Positions 27,671 to 39,113 of a stretch of DNA of 59,920 nt are shown one piece after another. The notes beneath the pieces were generated by a model. That model was given only the letters and a program-made list of their open reading frames with translations. It was not told where the DNA came from and made no database searches. Location of the stretch: the sequence record DRR723986_5550, one strand, 5' to 3'. How positions within the stretch are numbered: position 1 is the stretch's first letter; the number at the start of each line of letters is the position of its first letter. A program made the translations under genes and the position numbers.

Positions 27671-29755
27671 TTAAGCGGCCAGTTGCGAAATGTCGGCCAC
27701 ACGGTTCATCAAACCATGCATGTGTTTCAACAAAGCAAGTCGGTTGTTTTTCAGCGCTTCGTTGTTGTCCATGACCATGACGTTTTCAAAGAAGGCGTCC
27801 ACATTGGCTTTCAATGGAGCCAGAACCAGCAAGGCTTGCTGGTAATCACCCTGTTCGAATGCCCGCGTGGCGTGTGGCTCCACTTCTTTTACCTGTGTGG
27901 CCAGTGCTTTTTCAGCGTCCACCTGCAACAGGTTTGTATCCACTTCAGCGGAACCCACCTCGGTTTTTTTCAGAATATTGGTAATGCGTTTGTTGGCTGC
28001 TGCCAAAGCTTGCGACTCAGGCAACTGCGAGAAGGCACGCACTGCCTCCAGGCGCTTGGGCAGGTCGGCGAACTTGCTTGGGTTTTGGCTAAGCACCGAT
28101 TCAACTTCAGCAGTGGAATAACCTTGGTCTTTCAGATAACCACGCAGGCGGTCTTGAATGAAACCAGCTATACCTTCCACGCTGTGCTTGAAATCTGGAT
28201 AGGTCGCGAACAATTTGCTGGCTTTGTTCAGGGCATCCATCAAATCCAGTTTCAGGTTCTTCTCGATGATCATGCGAATGACCCCTAACGCATGCCGGCG
28301 CAAGGCGAAGGGGTCTTTGTCGCCCGTAGGAACCAAGCCGATACTGTAGATACCCACCAAAGTTTCCAGTTTGTCGGCCAAGGCAGCGGCCACACCCACC
28401 GCGTTTCGGGGCAATTGGTCACCTGCGAAACGCGGGCTGTAATGGTCGGCAATGGCTTGCGCCACATCGGCGTGTTCGCCATCATGGCGGGCGTAGTGCT
28501 CACCCATATTGCCTTGCAGTTCGGGAAATTCTCCCACCATGTCAGTCAGCAAATCGGCCTTGCACAGCAGGGCTGCACGTTTGGCCTGTTCAACGTCAGC
28601 GCCACACACGGGTGCCAAGGCAGCAGCCAGTTCAATCAGACGACCATTGCGGTCTTTTTGGGTACCCAGTTTGTTGTGGTACACCACATTGGCCAGGCCA
28701 GGCAGGCGGCTTTCCAGTGTTTTTTTTCGGTCTTGGTCGAAGAAGAACTTCGCATCGGCCAAGCGCGCTCGAAGCACGCGCTCATTGCCTGAGGTGATTA
28801 ATTCGGGTGTCGGAGTCAACAGGTTTGAAACCAGCAGGAAACGGTTTTTCATTTTGCCGGTTTGGTCGGTAATCGCGAAATACTTCTGGTTGGCCTGCAT
28901 GGTCAAAATCAGGCACTCTTGTGGCACTTCCAGAAACTCTTTTTCGAAACCGGCTTCATATACAACAGGCCATTCAACCAGCGCACACACTTCATCAACC
29001 AAATCGTCGGGTTGCACCACTTTGTCGCCAGCGGCTTTTTCAGCCAAGGCTTTGACAATCGCGGCTTTGCGCTTCTCGAAACTGGCAATCACTTTACCTT
29101 CGGTTTCAAGTTGGGCTTCGTAGCTGTCTGCACTGGCAATGTTCAGCACGCCCTGGCTCAAGAAGCGGTGCCCCAAGGTAATTCGATCACTTTCGAGTCC
29201 CAATACTTGCGCCGGCACCACTTTGTCGCCATGCAGGCAAACAAGGCGGTGTGCCGGGCGTACGAAATGCACGGTGCTGCCATCGGGGCGTTGGTAGCTC
29301 ATTACTTTCGGAATGGGCAGTTTGGTGGTGGCCACTTCAAGCGCCTTGTTCAGCGACTCTTCAAGCGCTTTGCCAGCCTGGGTGCGCGAAATGTGCAACA
29401 CATCCTGTTTGCCATCGCTGATGGTTTCCAGTTGATCCACAGAGATTGCACCCAAGCCCAATGAATCCAGTTTTTTCTGGAGGGGAGGGGTGGGTTGACC
29501 ATTGGCATCCAAGCCAATTTTAACGGGCAGCAGGCGTTCCTGAATTTTCTTTTCAGGGCTTACAGCAGCCACGTTGGTGATGCGGCATGCCAAACGGCGG
29601 GGGCTTGCAAAGCCTTCCACGGCGCTGTTGTCGGTCAAATGACCTTCATCGCGCAGCGTTTTGCTTAGAAGTTCTGCAAATGCAGTACCCAGTGTTTGCA
29701 ATGCTTTGGGTGGGAGCTCTTCAGTAAATAGCTCAACCAGTAATGTTGGATTCAT
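27671..29755 (-). CDS. glyS: Glycine--tRNA ligase beta subunit
   Basis: LLVELFTEELPPKAL, GNERVLRARLADAKFF, EFPELQG, DPFALRR. Confidence 0.98.
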   Translation of the reverse strand: MNPTLLVELFTEELPPKALQTLGTAFAELLSKTLRDEGHLTDNSAVEGFASPRRLACRITNVAAVSPEKKIQERLLPVKIGLDANGQPTPPLQKKLDSLGLGAISVDQLETISDGKQDVLHISRTQAGKALEESLNKALEVATTKLPIPKVMSYQRPDGSTVHFVRPAHRLVCLHGDKVVPAQVLGLESDRITLGHRFLSQGVLNIASADSYEAQLETEGKVIASFEKRKAAIVKALAEKAAGDKVVQPDDLVDEVCALVEWPVVYEAGFEKEFLEVPQECLILTMQANQKYFAITDQTGKMKNRFLLVSNLLTPTPELITSGNERVLRARLADAKFFFDQDRKKTLESRLPGLANVVYHNKLGTQKDRNGRLIELAAALAPVCGADVEQAKRAALLCKADLLTDMVGEFPELQGNMGEHYARHDGEHADVAQAIADHYSPRFAGDQLPRNAVGVAAALADKLETLVGIYSIGLVPTGDKDPFALRRHALGVIRMIIEKNLKLDLMDALNKASKLFATYPDFKHSVEGIAGFIQDRLRGYLKDQGYSTAEVESVLSQNPSKFADLPKRLEAVRAFSQLPESQALAAANKRITNILKKTEVGSAEVDTNLLQVDAEKALATQVKEVEPHATRAFEQGDYQQALLVLAPLKANVDAFFENVMVMDNNEALKNNRLALLKHMHGLMNRVADISQLAA

Positions 29756-29760
29756 GGATA

Positions 29761-30687
29761 TCAGGCCGCTTGTGTATTGGGAGTGTTGCACATGGGGAAG
29801 CCCAGCTTCTCGCGGGAGTCGAAATAGGCTTGCGCCACTGCGCGTGACAAATTGCGGATTCGGCCAATATAGGCCGCGCGCTCGGTTACAGAAATGGCAC
29901 CGCGCGCATCCAGCAGGTTGAACGTGTGTGCAGCTTTCAAAATCATTTCATAGGCGGGCAAGGCCAATCCCACTTCGATCAGGTGTTTGGCTTCTGCCTC
30001 ATATTCACCAAAGTGGCGAAACAACATGTCGGCGTTGCTGTGCTCAAAGTTGTAAGTTGATTGTTCCACTTCGTTTTGATGGAACACGTCGCCGTAGGTC
30101 AGTGTTTTCGTCACGCCTTTTTCTTCGCGCTCGGTCCACACCAGGTCGTACACGTTTTCCTTGCCCTGCAAATACATGGTCAGGCGTTCAATTCCATAGG
30201 TGATCTCGCCCAGAATTGGCGAACAATCCAGACCCCCCACTTGTTGGAAATAAGTGAACTGGGTCACTTCCATACCATTAAGCCACACTTCCCAACCCAA
30301 GCCCCAGGCACCCAATGTTGGGTTTTCCCAGTTGTCCTCCACAAAACGAATGTCGTTTTGCTTGGTATCAATACCCAAGGCTTCCAGGCTGCCCAAGTAA
30401 AGGTCGATGATGTTTTCTGGCGATGGCTTTAGTACAACCTGAAATTGATAGTAATGCTGCATGCGGTTGGGATTTTCACCATAGCGACCGTCTTTGGGGC
30501 GACGCGAAGGCTGTACGTACGCAGCGTTCCACGGCTCAGGCCCCAAGGCGCGCAAAAAGGTGGCTGTGTGGCTGGTGCCAGCACCCACTTCCATGTCAAA
30601 CGGTTGTAACAGGGCGCAACCTTGTTGGTCCCAATAGTTCTGCAGGGTCAAAATGGCCTGTTGAAACGTCAGCGGTTTCTTTTGCAT
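29761..30687 (-). CDS. glyQ: Glycine--tRNA ligase alpha subunit
   Basis: [33 protein letters not shown]. Confidence 0.98.
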   Translation of the reverse strand: MQKKPLTFQQAILTLQNYWDQQGCALLQPFDMEVGAGTSHTATFLRALGPEPWNAAYVQPSRRPKDGRYGENPNRMQHYYQFQVVLKPSPENIIDLYLGSLEALGIDTKQNDIRFVEDNWENPTLGAWGLGWEVWLNGMEVTQFTYFQQVGGLDCSPILGEITYGIERLTMYLQGKENVYDLVWTEREEKGVTKTLTYGDVFHQNEVEQSTYNFEHSNADMLFRHFGEYEAEAKHLIEVGLALPAYEMILKAAHTFNLLDARGAISVTERAAYIGRIRNLSRAVAQAYFDSREKLGFPMCNTPNTQAA

Positions 30688-30765
30688 GTGCACCGGTGTC
30701 CTTCGTGATTCAATTTTTTGTACATCAATTGCCCCGTATTGTAATGGTTGCCAGGGCTTTCTTAC

Positions 30766-32256
30766 TTACAGTGTGCCAATGCACAGGTACTTCATTTCCA
30801 GGAACTCTTCAATGCCCCACACCGAGCCCTCTCGTCCCAAACCTGATTGCTTCACGCCACCAAAAGGCCCCACTTCATTGGAGAAAACTCCCACATTGAT
30901 GCCCACCATGCCATATTCAAGGGCGCGGCTGACTCGGAAGGTGCGTGCCGAGTTCTCGGTGTAGAAATAGGCGGCCAGGCCAAAAGGCGTGTTGTTGGCA
31001 TAGTTGATGGCCTGTTCTTCAGTGTCGAACGGGAAAATGGCCGCCAGTGGGCCAAAGGTTTCCTCTGTTGCTACCAGCATTCGGTGGTCGGCATTGTCGA
31101 TCAGGGTGGGCTGGAAAAAACGGCCACCCAGAGTGTGTGGTTTGCCGCCATGCAGCAGTTTCGCACCCTTTTCGAGTGCGTCGTCCACATGTTTTTGCAC
31201 TTTGGCAACAGCGTTATCATCAATCATAGGGCCTATGCTGGCTTTGGTTTTCAGGCCGTCACCCACTTCCAGTTTGGCAATTCGGGCTTGCAGCTTGTCG
31301 GCAAAAGCCTGTTGCACACTGCGCTGCACGTAAATGCGGTTGGTGCACACGCAGGTTTGGCCCGCATTTCGGAATTTTGAGGCAATCAAGCCGTCGGCTG
31401 CTTTGTCGAGGTCGGCATCTTCAAACACGATGAACGGCGCATGGCCGCCCAATTCCAGGCTCAGTTTCTTGATGGTTGGGGCGCATTGTTGCATCAGTAT
31501 GCGGCCTACTTCCGTGCTGCCCGTGAAGGTCAGCTTGCGGACCACTTCGCTTTCGCAGAGCACTTTGCCAATATCGACGGATCGTTCAGCGTCGCCAGTG
31601 ATGACGTTCAGCACACCGGCCGGAATACCTGCCTGTCGCGACAGTTCAGCTAGCGCCAATGCGCTAAGCGGGGTTTGTTCGGCGGGTTTGATCACCACTG
31701 TACAGCCAGCAGCCAAGGCGGGTGCCACCTTGCGGGTAATCATGGCGATCGGGAAATTCCATGGCGTAATGGCTGCGCAAACGCCGATGCCCTGTTTCAA
31801 TACCAGCAGTTCGCGACCCAATTGCGGCGACTCCAGCACGCTGCCTTCGATGCGTTTGGCCTGCTCGGCAAACCATTCCACAAAGCTTGCGCCATAAATG
31901 ACTTCGCCTTTGGCCTCGGCCAGTGGTTTGCCTTGTTCCAGGGTCATCAGAAATGCGAGGTCATCGGCGTTGTCAATGATGAGGTCAAACCACTTGCGCA
32001 GCATTTGCGCCCGGCTCTTGGCAGTGGTGTTGCGCCAGCTGTTCAACGCTTTTTCGGCACAAAGAATGGCGTCATGGGCCAATGCAACTGATGTGTTGCC
32101 AACGTGTGCAATGGTCTCGCCGGTGGAGGGGTTGTCTACTGGAAAATCAACTTCACATTCATGAAAGCTGCCGTAAACAAACGGATTGGTTTTCAACAGG
32201 CTCGGATTCTTGAATTCAAATGTGTTGCTCATGGTTTCGTTTTGGGTACTGCTCAT
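30766..32256 (-). CDS. gabD: NAD(P)-dependent succinate-semialdehyde dehydrogenase
   Basis: ITPWNFP, FTGSTEVG, LELGG, RNAGQTCVC, EETFGP, GREGS. Confidence 0.92.
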   Translation of the reverse strand: MSSTQNETMSNTFEFKNPSLLKTNPFVYGSFHECEVDFPVDNPSTGETIAHVGNTSVALAHDAILCAEKALNSWRNTTAKSRAQMLRKWFDLIIDNADDLAFLMTLEQGKPLAEAKGEVIYGASFVEWFAEQAKRIEGSVLESPQLGRELLVLKQGIGVCAAITPWNFPIAMITRKVAPALAAGCTVVIKPAEQTPLSALALAELSRQAGIPAGVLNVITGDAERSVDIGKVLCESEVVRKLTFTGSTEVGRILMQQCAPTIKKLSLELGGHAPFIVFEDADLDKAADGLIASKFRNAGQTCVCTNRIYVQRSVQQAFADKLQARIAKLEVGDGLKTKASIGPMIDDNAVAKVQKHVDDALEKGAKLLHGGKPHTLGGRFFQPTLIDNADHRMLVATEETFGPLAAIFPFDTEEQAINYANNTPFGLAAYFYTENSARTFRVSRALEYGMVGINVGVFSNEVGPFGGVKQSGLGREGSVWGIEEFLEMKYLCIGTL

Positions 32257-32274
32257 GTCCGTCTCTCTCGTTGT

Positions 32275-33051
32275 TCAGTGTGCTTCAAGGTTTAGCAGGG
32301 CTGTCAACTGCGCCGTACAGGCCACTGCGAATGTTTCGGTTCGCAATACACGTTGCGAAAAATTCAGTGGCAAGGCTCCCTTTTGAGTTGCCACATCGGT
32401 TTCTTCAGCGGACCAACCGCCCTCGGGGCCCACGCAAATGACCAAAGGTCCCCGGGATGCCGAATGTTGGGTCCAGTTTTTCAAACTCTGTTCGGCCTGG
32501 GGTGTGAACCAAAGCACATGCGCGTCGGGCCATGTGCATGTCACGTGTTCAAGCGCTGCGCCCAGGTGCCGGACCGGTTCAACCACAGGCAGTTGCGCGC
32601 GCTCGCTTTGCAAGCTTGCTGCCAACACAACCCTTTCCCAGTGAGTTTGCCGCTTGTTTGCCCGCTCGCCCTCCAGTTTAACCACGCTGCGATGAGCCTG
32701 AACCGGATGAAAGCCAGCCACGCCCAATTCTGTACATTTTTCAAGCACCCAATCCATTTTGTCGCCCTCGGGCAGGGCCTGCAGCACATGCACGGGCCGG
32801 TTAAGCTCGGTGTTTTGCAAGGCAACTTGGTTTTCAACCCGAATTTGTGCGAGTTTTTTCGAGGCATAGTGAATTGTGGCGTGGTATTCACATCCTTTGC
32901 CGTTCCAAATCCGTAACGCTTCACCTTCACGCAGGCGTAAAACCCTTGAGGCGTAGTGCATCAAGTCGTCCGACAGATCAAGCACTTGGCCCACGCTGTT
33001 GCAGTGTTCTAGCAGGAAGCGCGGTAAGCGCCTGCCTTTGTCGTGTTTCAT
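32275..33051 (-). CDS. rsmE: 16S rRNA m3U1498 methyltransferase
   Basis: RVLRL, KCTELGV, VGPEGG, VLRTET. Confidence 0.95.
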   Translation of the reverse strand: MKHDKGRRLPRFLLEHCNSVGQVLDLSDDLMHYASRVLRLREGEALRIWNGKGCEYHATIHYASKKLAQIRVENQVALQNTELNRPVHVLQALPEGDKMDWVLEKCTELGVAGFHPVQAHRSVVKLEGERANKRQTHWERVVLAASLQSERAQLPVVEPVRHLGAALEHVTCTWPDAHVLWFTPQAEQSLKNWTQHSASRGPLVICVGPEGGWSAEETDVATQKGALPLNFSQRVLRTETFAVACTAQLTALLNLEAH

Positions 33052-33167
33052 GATTCCCTGTCTTTATTCAGTCGTTTGTCCGCAAGGGGGCGCTTTATTG
33101 GAATAGCTTTGATAAAATTCATGTTTTTCCAACTTTGCCACAGGCATAACCCTCAATCCCCATACCT

Positions 33168-35186
33168 ATGTCCTCTTCGTCAAAGAACATGGCCAACGCG
33201 ATTCGCGCGCTCGCCATGGATGCAGTTCAAGCCGCCAAATCCGGGCACCCCGGCATGCCAATGGGCATGGCCGAAATAGCCGTGGCCTTGTGGGCCCGTC
33301 ACCTCAAACACAATCCGCAAAATCCCCAATGGGCTGATCGCGACCGCTTTGTGTTGTCCAACGGCCACGGCTCCATGTTGATTTATGCGCTGCTGCACCT
33401 GACCGGCTACGACTTGCCGATTGAGGAACTGAAGAATTTCCGCCAGCTGCATTCTAAAACACCGGGCCACCCGGAAGTAGACATTACGCCCGGAGTGGAG
33501 ACCACAACTGGTCCATTGGGGCAGGGCATTGCGAATGCGGTGGGTTTGGCTTTGGCCGAAAAGCTGTTGGCCGCCGAGTTCAATGAAGCGGGTTTCCCGA
33601 TTGTTGATCACAACACCTATGTGTTTTTGGGTGACGGTTGCCTGATGGAAGGTATTTCCCACGAGGCTTGTTCCCTGGCGGGCACTCTGGGTTTGTCCAA
33701 GCTGATCGTGATGTACGACGACAACGGCATTTCAATTGACGGTGAAGTAGAGCACTGGTTTGCCGATGACACGCCCAAGCGTTTTGAGGCCTATGGCTGG
33801 AATGTGATTCCGAGTGTCAACGGTCATGATGTGGACGCAGTAGATGCCGCAATCGCGCAGGCCAAGCAAAATGCCGCGCTTGACAAGGGCCCAACCCTGA
33901 TTTGCTGCAAAACCAATATTGGCGAGGGTTCACCGAACCTGGCTGGTACGGACAAAGTACACGGCGCACCGTTGGGCGATGCTGAAATTGCCGCAACCCG
34001 TGCTGCGATTGGTTGGGAACATGCCCCTTTCGAGATTCCTGCCGAGGTGTACAACGCGTGGGACGCACAGGTTGAAGGCGCTGCGCGCCAGTCAGCCTGG
34101 GACAAGCTGTTCGAGGCATATTCTGCCAAGTTTCCTGCCAAGGCTGCTGAGTTCAAGCGCCGCATGGCAGGCGAACTGCCCGCCCGGTTTGAACAAACTG
34201 CGGCCCGCTTGCTGGCTGAAGTGGCCGCCAAGGGTGAAACCATTGCCACCCGCAAGGCCAGCCAAAATGCGATCACGTTGCTGGCTGCTGAACTGCCAGA
34301 ATTGTTGGGTGGATCTGCGGACCTCACAGGTTCAAACCTCACCAACTGGCCCAAGTGTGTGGCGGTTCGTCGCAACAAAGATGGCTTTACGGCCGGTAAC
34401 CACATCAACTGGGGTGTGCGCGAGTTCGGCATGAGTGCTGCGCTCAACGGTGTGGCCCTGCATGGTGGCTACATTCCCTTTGGCGCTACTTTCCTGACTT
34501 TTTCTGATTACAGCCGCAATGCCCTGCGCATGGCTGCGCTCATGAAGAAGCGCAATATTTTTGTGTTCACGCACGATTCAATCGGCCTGGGTGAAGACGG
34601 CCCCACCCACCAGCCTGTTGAGCATGCCGCCACCCTGCGCTTGCTACCCAATATGGACGTGTGGCGCCCTGCTGATTCAGTGGAATCGATGGCTGCCTGG
34701 AACAGCGCGGTGATGCGCAAAGACGGTCCGAGCAGCTTGTTGTTCAGCCGTCAAAACCTGCCTTTCCTGGCACGCGCTGAACCCGTTTTGAACTCAATTG
34801 CCAAAGGTGGCTACGTGTTGTCCGATGTCGCCAATGCCAAGGTCACCTTGATTGCCACGGGCTCCGAGATTGAAATTGCCATGAACACGCAGAAGGCTTT
34901 GGCCGAAAAAGGTGTGGCAGCGCGTGTGGTGTCCATGCCCTCAACCAGCGTGTTCGATCGCCAAACCGCAGCGTACAGGGCTGAGGTATTGGGCACGGCG
35001 CCGATTGCCGTGATTGAAGCTGGCATGACCGATGGCTGGTACAAGTACATTGCACAGGCTGGTGTGAAAGGCACCGTGCTGGGTATGAGCACCTTTGGTG
35101 AATCTGCACCTGCTGGCGCTCTGTTCAAGCACTTTGGGCTAACCACCGAGAAGTTTACGGAGGCCGCTTTGGCTTTGGCTCAATAA
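33168..35186 (+). CDS. tkt: Transketolase
   Basis: [33 protein letters not shown]. Confidence 0.98.
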   Translation: MSSSSKNMANAIRALAMDAVQAAKSGHPGMPMGMAEIAVALWARHLKHNPQNPQWADRDRFVLSNGHGSMLIYALLHLTGYDLPIEELKNFRQLHSKTPGHPEVDITPGVETTTGPLGQGIANAVGLALAEKLLAAEFNEAGFPIVDHNTYVFLGDGCLMEGISHEACSLAGTLGLSKLIVMYDDNGISIDGEVEHWFADDTPKRFEAYGWNVIPSVNGHDVDAVDAAIAQAKQNAALDKGPTLICCKTNIGEGSPNLAGTDKVHGAPLGDAEIAATRAAIGWEHAPFEIPAEVYNAWDAQVEGAARQSAWDKLFEAYSAKFPAKAAEFKRRMAGELPARFEQTAARLLAEVAAKGETIATRKASQNAITLLAAELPELLGGSADLTGSNLTNWPKCVAVRRNKDGFTAGNHINWGVREFGMSAALNGVALHGGYIPFGATFLTFSDYSRNALRMAALMKKRNIFVFTHDSIGLGEDGPTHQPVEHAATLRLLPNMDVWRPADSVESMAAWNSAVMRKDGPSSLLFSRQNLPFLARAEPVLNSIAKGGYVLSDVANAKVTLIATGSEIEIAMNTQKALAEKGVAARVVSMPSTSVFDRQTAAYRAEVLGTAPIAVIEAGMTDGWYKYIAQAGVKGTVLGMSTFGESAPAGALFKHFGLTTEKFTEAALALAQ

Positions 35187-35239
35187 CAGGCATTGGCTTA
35201 AGAAACCGAATATTTGATTTACTTTCAAGGAGATTTGTC

Positions 35240-36250
35240 ATGACCATTCGCGTAGCGATCAACGGCTATGGCCGCATCGGCCGAAATGTACTGCGTGCCC
35301 ACTATGAAGGTGGCAAAAAACACGACATTCAAATCGTGGCGATCAATGATTTGGGCGATCCCAAAACCAACGCTCACCTGACCCAGTACGACACTGCGCA
35401 CGGCCGTTTCCCCGGCACAGTGACTGTCGATGGCGATTACATGGTTGTCAATGGCGACAAAATCAAGGTTCTGGCCAACCGCAACCCGGCTGAACTGCCA
35501 TGGGGCGAGTTGGGTGTGGATGTGGTGATGGAATGTACAGGCTTTTTCACCTCCAAGGAAAAGGCATCTGCCCACCTGAAAGGCGGTGCCAAGAAAGTGA
35601 TTATCTCCGCCCCCGGCGGTAAAGACGTGGATGCCACAGTTGTATTTGGTGTGAACCACAGCGTACTGAAAAGCACTGACACAGTGATCTCTAACGCGTC
35701 TTGTACCACCAACTGCCTGGCCCCGCTGGTCAAGCCCTTGAATGATGCGATTGGTCTGGAAACCGGCCTGATGACTACCATTCATGCTTACACCAACGAT
35801 CAGGTGTTGACCGACGTTTATCACGAAGACCTGCGCCGTGCACGTTCAGCCACCATGAGCATGATCCCCACCAAAACCGGTGCGGCTGCTGCCGTTGGTT
35901 TGGTATTGCCCGAACTGAATGGCAAGCTGGACGGTTATGCGGTTCGCGTACCCACCATCAATGTGTCCATGGTTGATTTGTCCTTCATCGCCAAGCGCGA
36001 CACCACAGTTGAAGAAGTGAACAGCATTCTGAAAGCGGCAGCCGAAGGTCCCTTGAAGGGTGTGCTGGAGTACAACGAAGCACCTTTGGTGTCGATCGAC
36101 TTCAATCACAACCCCGCTTCCAGCGCATTCGACGCCACCTTGACCAAAGTCAGTGGCAAGTTGGTGAAGGTATCAAGCTGGTACGACAACGAGTGGGGTT
36201 TCTCCAATCGCATGCTGGACACCACAGTTGCACTGATGAACGCCAAGTAA
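35240..36250 (+). CDS. gap: Type I glyceraldehyde-3-phosphate dehydrogenase
   Basis: [24 protein letters not shown]. Confidence 0.98.
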   Translation: MTIRVAINGYGRIGRNVLRAHYEGGKKHDIQIVAINDLGDPKTNAHLTQYDTAHGRFPGTVTVDGDYMVVNGDKIKVLANRNPAELPWGELGVDVVMECTGFFTSKEKASAHLKGGAKKVIISAPGGKDVDATVVFGVNHSVLKSTDTVISNASCTTNCLAPLVKPLNDAIGLETGLMTTIHAYTNDQVLTDVYHEDLRRARSATMSMIPTKTGAAAAVGLVLPELNGKLDGYAVRVPTINVSMVDLSFIAKRDTTVEEVNSILKAAAEGPLKGVLEYNEAPLVSIDFNHNPASSAFDATLTKVSGKLVKVSSWYDNEWGFSNRMLDTTVALMNAK

Positions 36251-36271
36251 TGCAAATGCGCGTTTTGAATG

Positions 36272-36303
36272 AAAAAGCCGGGCCTTGAGCCCGGTTTTTT
36301 TTT
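36272..36303 (+). terminator. Rho-independent terminator after gap
   Basis: GCCGGGC-cttga-GCCCGGT followed by a T-run. Confidence 0.9.
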
Positions 36304-36327
36304 GGTCTCCGGATTTGCCCAAAAACC

Positions 36328-36365
36328 ACCCCCTTTTGCGGTAACCCCTACCCCATTTGACCATG
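36328..36365. promoter_or_regulatory. Candidate tandem NarL-type sites upstream of the S8 protease
   Basis: ACCCCCT-TT-TGCGGTA at 36328 and ACCCCAT-TT 22 nt downstream. Confidence 0.35.
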
Positions 36366-36514
36366 TTCCAAGCCTTATTTCACGCCGTTATCAAGACATT
36401 CGTCGGGTCTTGACGAGGTGACTGAGAAGTAGACTCCGTTCTGCTTTCTTTTCAATAAATTGATTGGACACCTCGCTGGGTAACCTGAACCCATTGTGAT
36501 AAGCGAGTAATGCC

Positions 36515-38515
36515 ATGTTGACCTTCCGTCCCAAAAAGCAAAAACTGACGCCCCTGCGTGTGCTGGTCACCGGCGTTTTGCTAATGCTCTGGATTCTCTT
36601 GGTGACACCTGCCCATGCGCAAAGTGGTGGTGCTCAATTCATCATCAAATTAAGGAATTCGGTTGAGTTAAGTAGCGCGCCGTCTTTGCGTCGTCTGGAG
36701 AAAGAGGGTGAGTTTCTGGCCGATGTCATGACCCGCAACAATGTGGATGCAAGCTGGTTGCGTGCTGGATCGGTGGGTACTCATGTGATGCGCTGGGGCA
36801 GTGGCGTGCGTGCGAGTGATCAGCAGTCCATGCTGAATCGATTGTCTAGCGATCCTGAGGTGGAGTTTGCAATCGAAGACCGCCCAATGCGCGCTTTTGC
36901 CACACCGAATGATCCCAGTTTCCTGAATCAATGGGCTTTGCGCTCGACATTGAACACGGCTGGTGCGAAGTTTGATCGGGCTTGGGATGTAGTGCGTGGC
37001 AGTGCTGATGTGATCATCGCTGTGCTCGACACAGGTGTGGTTTTCGAAACCCCTGATTTGATGGGCCGATTGCTCAGCGGTTACGATTTTGTATCTGATG
37101 TGCCCACAGCCAATGATGGCAATGGTCGCGATGCCAATGCAGCAGATCCTGGCAACTGGATCAGTAACTCAGATGCACAAACTTCAACTTTTTCTGGATG
37201 CAGCGTCAAGAATTCAAGCTGGCACGGCACTTTTGTGGCGGGGCAAATTGCGGCCAATACACACAGTGATTCCGATGTTGCTGGTGCGGACTGGAATGTG
37301 AAAGTTCTGCCTGTTCGCGTACTTGGCAAATGTGGAGGTTTGTTGTCAGATGTGCTGGACGCCATGTTGTGGTCAGCGGGTCTGGACGTGCCGGGTGTTC
37401 CACGCAATCCCAACCCCGCCGATGTGATCAACCTGAGTTTGGGCAGCCCGACTAGCTGTAGCTCCTTTGAGCAAACTGTGGTGGATAGAGTCAATGCAGC
37501 AGGCACTCTGGTTGTTGCTGCAGCTGGAAACAGCGGAGGTTCGGTCGACTCGCCAGCCAATTGCAACAATGTTCTTTCAGTGGGGGCTTTGGACCGCGAT
37601 GGCAGCCGTGCCAGTTACAGCGCAATCGGCAGTGCAGTCAGCCTGATGGCACCGGGCGGTTTCAGCAACGGCCTGGTGGGCTTGGGTAATTCAGGCGCCA
37701 CCACACCGGCGTCGGCCAGTTTGGTGAGCAAAACCGGTACGTCCTTCGCTGCGCCTTTGGTGGCAGCCACGGCTGGGTTGATGCGCGCCATTAATCCATC
37801 ACTGACGCCAGCCCAACTGCGAAGCCAAATTCTTGCAAGTACCTCAAATTTTTTAACGCCCAGAAGCAGCACTTGTACAGCCAACCAGGGTTCAGGCAGT
37901 TGCAATTGCACCACGGCAGTGTGTGGCGCGGGCATGCTCGATGCTTTTGCGGCCGTGTCTGCGGCGAAAGGCACGCGTCCTGTGGCCAATGCTTCTGTAT
38001 CCGCCAATGGCTTGGGCACGAGCGGATATCAGGAGAGTGCCACCAGCTTGCATCCTGTTCGTTTGCGTGGCTCGTCCAGTGGCGTTGCAGCAGGGCGCAG
38101 CATTGCCTCTTACGCTTGGACGCAGGTGTCGGGTGAACAGTTGATGACAGGCACACAAACCACTGCCGATGTTGACCTGCCGGCGCCGACTTCAAGCTCC
38201 GACTTGGTGTTTCAACTCACCGTGACCGACTCGGTTGGCGAAGCGCACAGCAGCTTCACAGCCTTGCGTGTGGTGGCCAACGGGGACGATGGCAGTTCAC
38301 CCTCATCGGTGGCCAGTGCCAGTTCAGGTGGCACCACCACACCCACCACCGACAATGGTTCGGGCTCCAGTTCGACTGTTTCTGCTGGTGGCGGCAGTGG
38401 TGGAGGCGGTGGCGGTGGCGCCACCACATTGCCCTGTTTGCTGTTGCTTACTCTGCTGATTGGGTTTTTCAGGAAGGTGGGTTCTGACCAAGCCACCATG
38501 ACCGCAAAATCATAG
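36515..38515 (+). CDS. Secreted S8 (subtilase) serine protease with PKD-like domain and GlyGly-CTERM sorting signal
   Basis: Signal peptide, prodomain, triad AVLDTG / WHGTFVAG / GTSFAAP; YAWTQVSG...FQLTVTDS; poly-Gly + hydrophobic helix + RK. Confidence 0.92.
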   Translation: MLTFRPKKQKLTPLRVLVTGVLLMLWILLVTPAHAQSGGAQFIIKLRNSVELSSAPSLRRLEKEGEFLADVMTRNNVDASWLRAGSVGTHVMRWGSGVRASDQQSMLNRLSSDPEVEFAIEDRPMRAFATPNDPSFLNQWALRSTLNTAGAKFDRAWDVVRGSADVIIAVLDTGVVFETPDLMGRLLSGYDFVSDVPTANDGNGRDANAADPGNWISNSDAQTSTFSGCSVKNSSWHGTFVAGQIAANTHSDSDVAGADWNVKVLPVRVLGKCGGLLSDVLDAMLWSAGLDVPGVPRNPNPADVINLSLGSPTSCSSFEQTVVDRVNAAGTLVVAAAGNSGGSVDSPANCNNVLSVGALDRDGSRASYSAIGSAVSLMAPGGFSNGLVGLGNSGATTPASASLVSKTGTSFAAPLVAATAGLMRAINPSLTPAQLRSQILASTSNFLTPRSSTCTANQGSGSCNCTTAVCGAGMLDAFAAVSAAKGTRPVANASVSANGLGTSGYQESATSLHPVRLRGSSSGVAAGRSIASYAWTQVSGEQLMTGTQTTADVDLPAPTSSSDLVFQLTVTDSVGEAHSSFTALRVVANGDDGSSPSSVASASSGGTTTPTTDNGSGSSSTVSAGGGSGGGGGGGATTLPCLLLLTLLIGFFRKVGSDQATMTAKS

Positions 38516-39113
38516 ATAGTCCAAATACAAGGCCACCCAAGGCACCACCCCTGTGTGCCTCAAATGCAATCGGGCCACCCACCAAAGCATCGGTGGTGTG
38601 GCCTGAATTCCATTCGAGTATCAGCTTTGCAATCAGCCCCGCAGCGAGGACCCACAAAGGCCAGCACAGAGCAGGTTTGCTTGGGGTTCTGTGCAGCGCA
38701 AGTAGCAGGCAGGCCACGAACTGAAAATGCAGGGCGCCGCTTAATCCGCAATACCACTGAACAGGCTCAATCCAGCTTAAATACAACGCAATCCAAGACA
38801 ATGACAGCAGTTGTATCCAAAGCCATTCGCTTTGGCTTCGCTGGTTCGAGAATCCCCAAGCCACAATTGCCAAGCCTGTCAGGTTCAGGCCCAGGTGAAC
38901 CCACCCCAGGTGGGTAAACTGCGCTACAAGAATGTAAATGAAGAATGAGTCAATTAAATCAAGCCCTTGTCTTGAAAAGTCAGGTGCAAAAACTTGGCCG
39001 ACAATTGCCAATATTCCAATCACAAAGGAGTAGACCACCCCGAGGAAAAGTGGGCTGGGGGCGTTATAATTCCGGATTGTTTCCAATAACCTTCCTTGAG
39101 AGTTGAAAAGCAA
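38469..39113 (-). CDS. rrtA: Rhombosortase (rhomboid family intramembrane serine protease); start uncertain
   Basis: [19 protein letters not shown] (GxSG), AHRGGA; adjacent to a GlyGly-CTERM protein. Confidence 0.85.
   Translation of the reverse strand: MLFNSQGRLLETIRNYNAPSPLFLGVVYSFVIGILAIVGQVFAPDFSRQGLDLIDSFFIYILVAQFTHLGWVHLGLNLTGLAIVAWGFSNQRSQSEWLWIQLLSLSWIALYLSWIEPVQWYCGLSGALHFQFVACLLLALHRTPSKPALCWPLWVLAAGLIAKLILEWNSGHTTDALVGGPIAFEAHRGGALGGLVFGLSMILRSWWLGQNPPS

Noticed and set aside
38290-38425. GGT/GGC triplet-like repeat
   Set aside because: Encodes the Ser/Gly linker and GlyGly motif of the protease
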